From the NCBI RefSeq assembly GCF_001194135.2, contig NC_069000.1:39294561-39358560 (forward strand): a stretch of DNA of 64,000 bases. Reading direction: 5' to 3'. Source of the stretch: Octopus bimaculoides (taxonomy: Eukaryota). Under the pieces are notes generated by a model that worked only from the letters and a program-made list of their open reading frames with translations, searched no databases and was not told where the DNA came from. The translations under genes were made by a program, and so were the position numbers. Positions 39,745 to 51,433 of the stretch are shown in pieces (position 1 is the first letter of the stretch; each line of letters begins with the position of its first letter).

Positions 39745-40579
39745 CTTTTATCCTCTGAGAGTGAACTTCCAAGGGCTTTAAAATATTTTGGCATTGATCA
39801 TACTCTTATCCGACTTTAAAATATTTACTCACTCAAATAGTATTCTCAAACGTGCAACTGCTAAGCAGATATTTTTCTATACGTGCAAAGGTATCCGAAA
39901 TCATGAAATTTGGGTTTGCTTGTCATGTTGACAACGTCACAATGAAATTTGTCTCTAAACGTCAATGGTGAAATATCGCAATACTTCGTTAGACGTCATA
40001 TGAAAAATACTTTTATTATCATGGTTAATATCACAAAACATGGCATATATACAAAAATTATGATTTTATATTTATGAAATTTCTCGATACTTCTACAAAA
40101 TGAATCTTAATTTTGAAAAGAAAATGTTTATTTAATGATTAAACTGAATGGTATTAAGAAATAAAAAGACTGCAAAAATTATATTTCCTGTTGATTATGT
40201 ATAATAGAAATTCACATATACACATGCACACACAAACGTATATTCACACATTCTACATCTGTTAACTCTCTACGCACGTCTCTGTCACTATCTCAAATCC
40301 TCTTCTTTTATGATGAAAAACGTGATTGGAGATCAACTAGCCAAATAACAAACATATATACACATATCGACTATTATCATAGAGAGATTTTTAGTACGAT
40401 AACCAGCACGTCAGTATTAATCATCCTAATTCGCTGTAATTTCTCCATTTAAGTTATTAATCATATCTCGTTTTATCTATAATCATGCAAATTATTTACC
40501 ATCAAAATATACGCAGTTCTATAACATTAGGTAAATAGCCTTCTCTAGTTTCCATGTGGTTAAAAATGTCATTAGGAGG

Positions 40580-40740
40580 TGTACTATTTCGACTCCAGTG
40601 CTCAACTGGTAGTTATTTTATCGATCCTGAAATGATGAAAAAGCAAATTGCTCTTGACGCAATTTGAACTCAGAAAATGACGAACGAAATATCGCTAAGC
40701 ATTTTGCTTGGCGTGGTAACGATTCTTTTGGCTCACCGCC
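40580..40740 (-). mobile_element. SINE family A copy
   Basis: Reverse complement of GGCGGTGAGCC..CGTTACCACGCC..GAGTTCAAATTGCG. Confidence 0.8.
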
Positions 40741-41564
40741 AACCTAGGGACCTCCATATTGCTGAAGACATTTAATAAAAAGAAAAGAAAGTATATAGCA
40801 GATCCCTCTTCAAAGCAAGATTTTTGCTTTTTAAGTACATAAATAAAATTGAAAAATAATTACCTACAAATCTGACGCGATTTGGCATGTTTTCCAATAA
40901 CTGTAGAATTGTATGCATGCTCGCCTCATTGTGCATATTACGTTTCTACTTAATGATATACATAAAGAATCTATTGCACACCATTAGTTATGTGGCTTAA
41001 AAAGAGCACTCTACAGCTTGCTTGCAAGAAGGGAGTCCGCTATATGATTTTGTAAAATTTTGTCAGCAATACAATAGTCCTTCGGTAGGCGGTGAGATGG
41101 AAGATTCGTTCCCACACCGGATAAAATACTTATCGACATAATTGTTTGTCTGTCCTGTACCATTTAATGATTTTGCATGAATTATTCGCATGAGGTATCC
41201 AAACGAAAATTTGAAAACTTTTGTGTTAAGGCTCCTGAAACTCCCGCTATTGTTTGACCGCTGAAGAAATTGTGACCTCTATATAGTATTAAGACTACTG
41301 GGAAAGTATTCGCCTAATATCCAGTCTGTGATATGGTGCGATCCTTTAGCGACCACCACCTTCTGTAAAACACAATTTGCATTAGTAGCTGCTTATGCTT
41401 CACTGTATAAGTCACGGGCAATTCATTCATCAAGCGCCCAGAAACGTTGTCTTCATGAAACTATATAAGTTTAAAAAATAATCCAGAATATATGTAAATG
41501 TATAATACACCTCTAATGATACAACTCTCCTTAATCATTTTTAAAATTTTGATTTCACTCTAAG

Positions 41565-41779
41565 TCGGTAAGCTGGCAGGATCGTTAGCACCCCGAGCGA
41601 AATGTTTCGCGGTAGTTCGTCTGTCTTTATGTTCCGAGTTCAAATTCCGCCGAGATTGACTTTGCTTTTCAGCCTTTCCGGTTTGACAAATTGAGTACTT
41701 GCTTTGTACTGGGGTCGAACTAATCGACTGATCCCGTTCCCAAAAATTTCGGGCCTTGTGCTTTGAACAGAAAAGAATT
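41565..41779 (+). mobile_element. SINE family A copy
   Basis: AGCTGGCAGGATCGTTAGCAC..GAGTTCAAATTCCGCCGAG..GAAAAGAATT. Confidence 0.85.
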
Positions 41780-43647
41780 TTGTTTTCACTCTATCGTCTG
41801 CGAAAATGCTGCGTACCACTTCGACAGTCTCATCAAAATAACATTCTGTAATTCCATAATTATGTTGCTGTTCTTTTATTCGTGTGATTATCAATCGTTC
41901 TTGGTATCATGATGAAAATAAAAATTTCAAAATCATAGTCTTATATATTTATCATTTCGCCGCCTTTGTCAAAGTGAATATTGTAGAATCATCACGTATG
42001 AATATTCAGGTGTTTCACCGATAGGATTTGAATATATTATCGTCCCGACATTACTCTTGTAAACAGATAGCATTGATTTTTTTTTCATATATCTAGCACC
42101 TAATGTTTTTTAACTCTCTCAGAGTCCTTTCTACAAAGACTCCCTACTGTTTCACTGCATATTTTAAAATCTATTCTTACCATTTTTATATTTAATTTTG
42201 TTTTCTTTCGTTTTATTAATTATTTTTATCGTCTGCATCTTTCAGCAAAATTTTCTTCTTTATCTCTCCATTTTATTTCATCTTTTAGTCTTCTCCGTTT
42301 GAACTCTATCTTCACCTACTGTATTTGTTCTTCCTTTTTTTTCATCATCTATTATTTTGTTCCACTTCTTCCTCTTCTTCTTCATCTTAGTGTTCTTCTC
42401 CATTATTTGTCTTATGTTTTGCTTCTTAATTTACCCAAAACACACATCATACACAATTCGATATTCATAAAAAAAAAAAATATTAAAAGCATTACGTTTG
42501 GGCAGTGAAGTCCACGACCGTTCTTAATCTTTTTATCTTTTAAACTTTCCCTTTCTTTAATCTGTTCACCTTTCACTATTCCCCTTTTTGTCCAGCCTAG
42601 TCTCCCCTACTGCCCGTTCTCTCCATTCCCTCATAAGTGTTTCTTGTGCTCCTTTCCCTTCTGATCTAGGAAAATTGCTTTCACCTTTAATCTTTCATTA
42701 TCAATATTTTATCAATAGATTAGTTTTAAGCATCAACGCCATCATAGTATTAGCCTTATTATTTCTATCTCATCTTCACTATTGAAGTAGAGGTACAGAC
42801 TAATAATCTAGTCAATAATTCACTATTGGTTCGAAGAGAAGTTTTATCATTTAAATTTGTTTTTAGACTTATTTTTTCTGATGTTTATTATTAGTGTTCT
42901 TTTTGTCAGTAATATTTTTATGATCTACAATATGATAATTATTATTTGTGTTAAGAGTTTATCGTTATAAAATTATGTATTGTTTTCATGTGTATTTTGT
43001 TTTCTTTTTAAAAGTAATACTTTTACTACAATCAGGTTTCTTTTACAGACTTCGCTCATGCAAATTAATCAAACAATTAAGATATGACGACTCTTCAATG
43101 AAAGAAAACGGCGTCTATTATATTTTACTCATTTCTATTTAAGAAATAGTGTGTTGTTGTACCAAAATTTCACTCCTTGTCAGTTTATAATACAATTTAA
43201 ACTCATAAAACAGAATTAGTTCTAAATTTGTCTTACTCGCCATTAAGACATGAATTTCGAAATGGTAGTGCTATCACAGAAGCAATGAAAATTAACTGCC
43301 CAATATCTATGGAATATTCGAAGTGTTATAAATGCAGATATAGTTTCNNNNNNNNNNNNNNNNNNNNNNNNNNNNNNNNNNNNNNNNNNNNNNNNNNNNN
43401 NNNNNNNNNNNNNNNNNNNNNNNNNNNNNNNNNNNNNNNNNNNNNNNNNNNNNNNNNNNNNNNNNNNNNNNNNNNNNNNTCTATGTGTGTGTATGTGCAT
43501 GTGTATGTGTGAGTGTCTTCTTTGTTTATACTGCTGTGTGTGTATGAGTATGTGTGTATGTGTGCGTGTGTGTGCGTGTGTGTGTGTTTATATATATATA
43601 TATACACACACATAATTTTCTTCTTCTTATTTGTGTTCGATTTTCAT

Positions 43648-43690
43648 ACTTAGATCACTTTGCTAATTTTATTAGCAAAGTGATCTAAGT
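43648..43690. repeat. Perfect inverted repeat, 20-bp arms and 3-nt loop
   Basis: ACTTAGATCACTTTGCTAAT-TTT-ATTAGCAAAGTGATCTAAGT. Confidence 0.95.
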
Positions 43691-44305
43691 GATTTGTAAA
43701 TCTGTAATTCAAGCATGCAATAAATTGCCAATTACCATTTCGTTTAAATATGTTTTATCCTTAATCTATTGGACTGGGGTGGTGTGTGGATGCGATTATT
43801 ATTTCCATTTCTTCCCATGATTAATTATCGTGGGAATGCTATATGCGCCTTGCTCTTAACTGGGTAAAGCAACCATGTATTTAAAACCCTGGCTGGTGAT
43901 GGTCTTCGACTGTCGACTTAAATTTTCGACTTCGCATTATCGGGAGTACTATATCAAGACATCTTTTTGTTAGCCACGTGTATCTTGTATGTGCAGAGAG
44001 CTTAAGGAGTATTTCTCTTGGATTAATACCCGATGTTGACACCTTTTTATATACATACATACATATATATATATATATTTATATACTTGAGTCGGTACTA
44101 ACACATAATTGCGCGTATTTTCATTGATGCCTCATTCTTCCTCAGTAATTTGCATCAGCACGTTCGTTTGAACATTTATGCATGAAACCTACTGCTTGTT
44201 AACTGCTTTCAACTGTTAATTTGAACTGATTTAGTATTATGTTCAAGTATTATATTTATTACATGCTCCTATGGACCTTTGGCCTATGATGTCACACATA
44301 CATAC

Positions 44306-44354
<49 letters not shown>

Positions 44355-44855
44355 AATGATCTTCAGTAAAGTTAACGTTATATATGTTAATATTAAGTCA
44401 TTAACTGGTGCCATTATGATGATCTGGATTATCATATCTCCGAATCCCAATACACGTGGACTTTAAATGGGTTAATAATGATATAAGGGTGAGCACACAA
44501 ACGAATACTGTCACATAAAATTACGATATTTCGTGTCGAAACGCATTTGTTTGAAGCGTGTTTCATATGAAGAATATACATCTGCTATCTATCTATCTAT
44601 CTATCACTTATCTATATACGCATGTATGTATGAATTTATATGTGTGCGCGTGTGTGTATGTGTGTTTCTCTGTATATTTACATAATTATGTATTTGCATA
44701 ATTATCGATCCTACACTCATCCGCTAATATTTTTATAACGAATCACACTATGCCTATTGAGGAGACCAAACATCCAACAATGAGTTGAAGTATTGAATCA
44801 AAAGGATCTAACTCTTTTAATCCTATTCGTGTGAAAAATCACAGGAAATTTCAAT

Positions 44856-44929
44856 TGGCCGGATAACTGAAGAGATGTTGGCGTGGGCTCCCACCCTGGC
44901 ATCCGAAACTCGGTGTTTTATCATGGCTA
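44856..44929 (+). ncRNA. Candidate type I hammerhead ribozyme motif
   Basis: Stem I TGGCC-G-GATAA / TTATC-AT-GGCTA; core CTGAAGA (44867-44873); long stem II GATGTTGG..CTGGCATC; extra C; GAAA (44905-44908); 2-bp stem III; GTT triplet (44915-44917). Confidence 0.45.
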
Positions 44930-45261
44930 CTGAATAAGTGTCACATATTTTTACAGATAAATTCCTCTATTTGCATAATATCGAGGTCTCCCTCTTTCTG
45001 TTGTTGTCCTTCCTGTNNNNNNNNNNNNNNNNNNNNNNNNNNNNNNNNNNNNNNNNNNNNNNNNNNNNNNNNNNNNNNNNNNNNNNNNNNNNNNNNNNNN
45101 NNNNNNNNNNNNNNNNNNNNNNNNNNNNNNNNNNNNNNNNNNNNNNNNNNNNNNNNNNNNNNNNNNNNNNNNNNNNNNNNNNNNNNNNNNNNNNNNNNNN
45201 NNNTATATATATACACACACACATACTTATATATGCCTGTGTATTTCTGTCTCTGTTTCCC

Positions 45262-45430
45262 AGCACCGCTACACCATCGGTGTTGGTGTGTCTACGTCTA
45301 ACCTAACTTTTCGAAAAAGAGGACCGATACAATTAGTCTAAGTTATAAAATACCGAGGGCGATTCGCCCCACTAAAATTCTTCAAATCAGTGCCCCAGCC
45401 TGGCCATAGTCTAACGACTGAAGCAAATGA
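45262..45430 (+). mobile_element. SINE family B 3' tail
   Basis: ACACCATCGGTGTTGG..CCCCAGCCTGGCCATAGTCTAACGACTGAAGC. Confidence 0.7.
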
Positions 45431-45469
45431 ACGATACAGGAACAGGATATACATATATGAACACGGACT

Positions 45470-45502
<33 letters not shown>

Positions 45503-45770
45503 ATACATGTACACAAATGCTATTCAATAGAAAAGACAAGAGGAATGGTGTGAGAGAACAAGCGTTTTTTTTCTCTCCCTATACACGTTTCATAAGCTTG
45601 TGTTTATATAATAGATATTACATCAACATTCGCTATTCCTTAAAAGAAACATGTAAATATATTTGCGTGAGTGCATTCATATGACGAGTATGTTGTGAAG
45701 CCAAACGGACAGACTAATCTTCAGAACGAATCATGGATATCGAAAACATGAACACTTCTAAGGCTGTTGG

Positions 45771-45775
<5 letters not shown>

Positions 45776-45833
<58 letters not shown>

Positions 45834-45900
45834 NNNNNNNNNNNNNNNNNNNNNNNNNNNNNNNNNNNNNNNNNNNNNNNNNNNNNNNNNNNNNNNNNNN

Positions 45901-45960
<60 letters not shown>
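45776..45960. repeat. (CA)n - gap - (CT)n microsatellite
   Basis: Direct reading. Confidence 0.95.
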
Positions 45961-45962
<2 letters not shown>

Positions 45963-47344
45963 TTTTACTTGTGTCGGTCATTAGACTACACCCATGATGG
46001 TGCACCACCCTGAAGGTCTTTTTTTTCTAATCACAGAAATCGGCCCCTGCGTGGATTCTTTTCGAGCCTAGAATTTAGTCTATCTCTTTCCTTACCCGTG
46101 AACAGACCAACATCGATTGTCAAGAAATCATGAGAAAACAACAACGATACACACACATAGATATTACACAGACATAAACCACCTATACCCCTAACCTCAT
46201 CCCACACCACAAAGCACCATACAACACACACCACACCACATCACACACTAGCACTGACCACTTCCCAGCACCCACACCATCATCCACACACATACACAAG
46301 CACACACGCACACGTCAAGGTCACCAGCCGCTATTCACACGCACGCCCACTTTCGTTTTGGGATCACCACTACCTTATTATCTCCACTTCTTCCTAGGTC
46401 TCCTGTCTGACCACCTCTNNNNNNNNNNNNNNNNNNNNNNNNNNNNNNNNNNNNNNNNNNNNNNNNNNNNNNNNNNNNNNNNNNNNNNNNNNNNNNNNNN
46501 NNNNNNNNNNNNNNNNNNNNNNNNNNNNNNNNNNNNNNNNNNNNNNNNNNNNNNNNNNNNNNNNNNNNNNNNNNNNNNNNNNNNNNNNNNNNNNNNNNNN
46601 NNNNNNNNNNNNNNNNNNNNNNNNNNNNNNNNNNNNNNNNNNNNNNNNNNNNNNNNNNNNNNNNNNNNNNNNNNNNNNNNNNNNNNNNNNNNNNNNNNNN
46701 NNNNNNNNNNNNNNNNNNNNNNNNNNNNNNNNNNNNNNNNNNNNNNNNNNNNNNNNNNNNNNNNNNNNNNNNNNNNNNNNNNNNNNNNNNNNNNNNNNNN
46801 NNNNNNNNNNNNNNNNNNNNNNNNNNNNNNNNNNNNNNNNNNNNNNNNNNNNNNNNNNNNNNNNNNNNNNNNNNNNNNNNNNNNNNNNNNNNNNNNNNNN
46901 NNNNNNNNNNNNNNNNNNNNNNNNNNNNNNNNNNNNNNNNNNNNNNNNNNNNNNNNNNNNNNNNNNNNNNNNNNNNNNNNNNNNNNNNNNNNNNNNNNNN
47001 NNNNNNNNNNNNNNNNNNNNNNNNNNNNNNNNNNNNNNNNNNNNNNNNNNNNNNNNNNNNNNNNNNNNNNNNNNNNNNNNNNNNNNNNNNNNNNNNNNNN
47101 NNNNNNNNNNNNNNNNNNNNNNNNNNNNNNNNNNNNNNNNNNNNNNNNNNNNNNNNNNNNNNNNNNNNNNNNNNNNNNNNNNNNNNNNNNNNNNNNNNNN
47201 NNNNNNNNNNNNNNNNNNNNNNNNNNNNNNNNNNNNNNNNNNNNNNNNNNNNNNNNNNNNNNNNNNNNNNNNNNNNNNNNNNNNNNNNNNNNNNNNNNNN
47301 NNNNNNNNNNNNNNNNNNNNNNNNNNNNNNNNNNNNNNNNNNNN

Positions 47345-47526
47345 ATTTGACGGATATTTGTCCTCATCTTGTTTGTTGTTAACACAACGTTTCGGCTGAT
47401 ATACCCTCCAGCCTTCGTCAGGTGTCTTGGGGAAATTTCCCCAAGACACCTGACGAAGGCTGGAGGGTATATCAGCCGAAACGTTGTGTTAACAACAAAC
47501 AAGATGAGGACAAATATCCGTCAAAT
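47345..47526. mobile_element. Perfect 182-bp palindrome of a Penelope-like terminal repeat
   Basis: 47345-47435 is the exact reverse complement of 47436-47526, with no spacer and the centre in GGGGAAATTTCCCC. The left arm abuts an N gap. Confidence 0.9.
47445..47490 (+). ncRNA. Minimal type I hammerhead ribozyme (mirror copy on the minus strand at 47381-47426)
   Basis: GACAC-CTGACGA-A-GGCTG-(10 nt)-CAGCC-GAAA-CGT-T-GTGTT: stem I 5 bp, stem II 5-6 bp, palindromic ACGT stem III, GUU triplet. Confidence 0.7.
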
Positions 47527-47893
47527 GTAAATAATGTTAATAATTCCTCCTCCTCTTAAATATAGAACTGAATAAGAAAATGATTAAATAAATTATATGG
47601 TCAGTGGGAAGAGAGATTGAGAGAGAGAGGGGGGGGCTTAAAACTTCAAGGACAAAAGCCTTCGATGTGATGTCCTTCAATGTCTGCACTCCAATTACTG
47701 AAACAAATAAAACGACTTTACTACTGGAGCCGAATTCACCTACGATGCGTTGCTCGGACGATGAATTTAGTTGAAGACACTGGCTCAGTGTGCTGCAAAG
47801 TAGGATTGCCAACCTAAACCACGTCATTGCAGAGTGAGCTTCTACAGCGCACACCCATACTTACGCCGTATACGGAATTAAGCGATCCCTTAC

Positions 47894-47914
47894 CTGAGAG
47901 ATTCTTAAACGGAA
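47894..47914 (-). CDS. Candidate 21-nt microexon
   Basis: Acceptor TACTTATTCTATAG, donor CAG/GTAAGG, length divisible by 3. Confidence 0.2.
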
Positions 47915-48618
47915 CTATAGAATAAGTACGAACATGTAATTTCGGATGGGTTTCCTAGCTAGCAACTGGTTGTAAATATATTTCCGATTCCATAGAGGTT
48001 TTTAATTTTATCTTCGAAAAGAAACTGTTTATTAATGATCTTCATAATATTAATTAATCTTCCTTTGGAATATGTTGCGACCCACGCAACATTTCATTTT
48101 GACTACCTTATGTAAAATGTCATATTGGAAGAATACCTGATCCCTCCTTCTTTTCAGGGAGTTTTACTCTTTTCCACCAAATTTGTATGTAGATGGATTT
48201 GTGCCGCCATATTAATTCAATAATGCCTCTTGTCACATCTTTTGTCGTGACAGATTTCATTTGTTTTCCTTAAGGAACTGTTAAAAGTATAAAGATGTTT
48301 TAGCATTGGGATTTGTTATTTTCCTGAAACTAGTTAAGTAAATCAGTGTTCAAATACGATATCTGATTTTATATATATATATATANNNNNNNNNNNNNNN
48401 NNNNNNNNNNNNNNNNNNNNNNNNNNNNNNNNNNNNNNNNNNNNNNNNNNNNNNNNNNNNNNNNNNNNNNNNNNNNNNNNNNNNNNNNNNNNNNNNNNNN
48501 NNNNNNNNNNNNNNNNNNNNNNNNNNNNNNNNNNNNNNNNNNNNNNNNAATTCAATGTAAGGTTATTTATCCATCAATCTCTGCATCCTTCTCTCTGTGT
48601 ATATAGATACATACGCGT

Positions 48619-48673
<55 letters not shown>

Positions 48674-49347
48674 CATACACTGAAAGAGAGAGAGAGACAG
48701 AGAAGGGGAGCAATATTTATATTATATATGTATATGAACGTATGTACACGTACACCAGGCACGCATACATATAAATATAACTATATGTACAAGTATCAAT
48801 ATAGATAGATGGATCAATAAATGACTAAATAAATAAATCAAATTAATGAATAAAGAAACAATAAATATATAAATAATTGTTTTGAAATATTTTACAATAG
48901 ATTCGGTAAAGGTAGCCATAATAACTCAAAACAAATGCTGCGTGTTCTACATATTTAAATGTCCAATCTTCATCTTTATTTTTTTTTACGCTGAAAATAC
49001 GTCTCATAATTTACTTTGATATAATTATGTAGAAAATTGAGTGAAATATCATTATGTAATCAAAGACAGAATATTTGAATACAGTTTATGAATATAAATA
49101 CAAAATCCTAAATCGATTGATATTTCACTGCTGTCATAGATTTATCAGAAGACGTCAGTAATTACTTTGTATTTACAAAGTCTAGACGGATTAATGTAAT
49201 TTGAGAAAATAATTCATGAGCTAATAGAAATAGATTTATTGAAATATAACAAAACATGTATTCCTTGATTCATATTTTCGAATTTTTTTCCTAATACGAC
49301 GAAAATTTTCAACCGAACGAGAAATTTATATATTATCTACATATAAA

Positions 49348-49705
49348 CGCAAGCGTAGCTGTGTGGTTAAATGGCTTGCTCTGCCACCATGTGGTTTTGG
49401 TGTTCTAGTCTACTGCACGAAATGTTGTGCAAATAATTTCTGTTATGGTCAAGGGGCTACACAATGCTTTGAAAATGAAGTTAGTAGCTGAAATCAACGT
49501 AGAAGCCCATTTTAAATATGTGTGTGAGTTTGTGTGGATGTAGGTATGTGTGTTGTGTATGTGTGCTTGTGTGTTGTGTATGGATGTATAATACATACCT
49601 CATGTAAACCAAAGTACTGGGGTCGCTATGTTTGACTAAACGCATCAAAATGAAGCCCAGCATGGGCGCAATCCAATGATTGAAACACGTAAGAGATAAA
49701 GAAAG
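49348..49705 (+). mobile_element. SINE family B, degenerate
   Basis: GCGTAGCTGTGTGGTTAAATGGCTTGCT..CCACCATGTGG..; tail CCCAGCATGGGCGCAATCCAATGATTGAAAC. Confidence 0.8.
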
Positions 49706-49756
49706 AAGATATGAATCATCTTTTTTTTGTAGTAAAGATTGTTTGTCAACATAACA

Positions 49757-49945
49757 TGGCAGTCCTGGTTTATGACAAATGTTGCTGTAATTTAGCCCCA
49801 GGAGACATCGCCTCCGGCTGGGCTGTACGACACGATCTGTGTCCTTATATTTTCGAACAAGGGAATCTAGCATCCCCACCCATCTCAAAACAATATCTGC
49901 GTATCGCGATTTCTGGGTTATTTCTCTTCATCAGCACAGAACACT
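49757..49945 (-). mobile_element. Interspersed repeat fragment ending in a hammerhead motif
   Basis: Shares sequence with 25160-25225 and contains the hammerhead at 49896-49940. Confidence 0.6.
49896..49940 (-). ncRNA. Minimal type I hammerhead ribozyme motif with degenerate stem II
   Basis: TCTGTG-CTGATGA-AGAGAAATAACCCA-GAAA-TCGCGA-T-A-CGCAGA: 6-bp stem I, canonical core, 8-nt palindrome ATCGCGAT as stem III, AUA triplet. Confidence 0.6.
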
Positions 49946-50064
49946 TGTTCGGCTAGTGGTGGCGCTGCCAAATTCCCGTGCGAAATGTATAGTTTTCAAA
50001 TTGACAACTAGTCACTAATTTATAAATTAGAAAATTATTATTTTTAAATCTCACAACTTATTTC

Positions 50065-50330
50065 GGCCATTGTAATGCGCCCATTCTGGGACACCGTCTC
50101 GAAGGTTTTGGTGAAAGCTAGTGGAGGCCAGGAGTTAAGTTGTTCTATATTTTTTTTTTATTTTTAGTTGTTGCACTTGGGCGTAGGATAGACACAGACA
50201 AACAAAGACACACACATAATAACAAGGACAAGCTTTCACACAATTTCTCTCTATTAAATCCATTCACAAGATATTGATTGGCCTGAGAATATAGTGGAAG
50301 ACATCTGCCCGGGGTGGGAGAAAGTTCTCT
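50065..50330 (-). mobile_element. SINE family B, degenerate
   Basis: Reverse complement of ..GCAGATGTCTTCCACTATA..CTTGTGAATGGATTTAATAGAGAGAAATTG... Confidence 0.7.
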
Positions 50331-50657
50331 TCTATCTGCCATATTTAAAATAACGACGTAATTTACAAATCTTCTAGAGGAGCAGTTGCTGCTGGCAGAG
50401 ATTTGAAAGCATGTTTTCCTGTATGATGTGAATATTAAAACGGCTCTAATGTTTCTGTTTAAAATCGAATTTAACTATATTTTAGGATATAGATTCAAGG
50501 CTTGAATATGGTACTTATGCGAAGGCACCCGAATATCACATCCCAAAAGGATGGGTGATTAAAATCAAACAATAAGCAACACGGATGCTCTCTCCCACTT
50601 GGTTTTAATATGTTGCCACATTTGTAATATGTCTTTTTTCTGCATTTTTTCGTGCAG

Positions 50658-50687
50658 CTGAAGATTGCTCTTCATATTGCATTTAAG
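50658..50687 (+). CDS. Candidate 30-nt microexon (LKIALHIAFK)
   Basis: Long polypyrimidine tract ending GTGCAG, donor AAG/GTAATG, only frame 0 open, symmetric. Confidence 0.35.
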
Positions 50688-51433
50688 GTAATGCTCACAT
50701 TACTTAAATAAATTGAAGTAGCATGAAACGTGCGTACTGCAATCACTTTTGAAATCCGTGTTGCTTATTGTTTGATATATTTTAGGATATGTAGTTCAAA
50801 ATGAAAATTTGCAATAATATTTCCTGTTTTCTTTTTTCTCTCTGTAATAAGATGTATATCTTTGCTCATAAACCGATTAAGAACGGATTACTTTCGGAAT
50901 AAATATATAATGGAAAGAGGGAGAGAAGAAACGTCAAATGTTATGCAATTTTATATTATGTAATAGTCTAACCCAGAATTAGGACATGTTTCTTATAATA
51001 ATGAGACTTCACATTAAAATGGTTCTGCTGTTTACTATAGAAAATCTTTTCCTGTTAAATTTGCTGCATTCCAGCTATTTTCCTTTAAAAGAAAAACCAC
51101 TTGCTTGCAAAGATCTTGCATTATTTCAATACTTAAAGGCTTCCCCTCCATGAAGCCTGTAATTACCTGAGTTGCATATTTTGCGTTACATAAATCCTTC
51201 AATTCGAAGAAACAGAAATACATGTTAGATATAAAAAAAAAGTTCAATGTTATATATGGTTAAGACCAATCTCCTTTCCAATTGAAGCCATTCCTACAAA
51301 TTTACCGAGTGCATACATATATATTTGTGGTGCATGTTTTAACCACAAACGCAGTAGCTGCAAAATATTGAGGTATTCTTAAGGTAGTTCTAAGTAAATA
51401 AGCCACTTATGCGCGCGCTCCCAAACACACATA

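Noticed and set aside
47640-47770. VMSFNVCT resembling the start of a LINE endonuclease
   Set aside because: No further APE motifs downstream.
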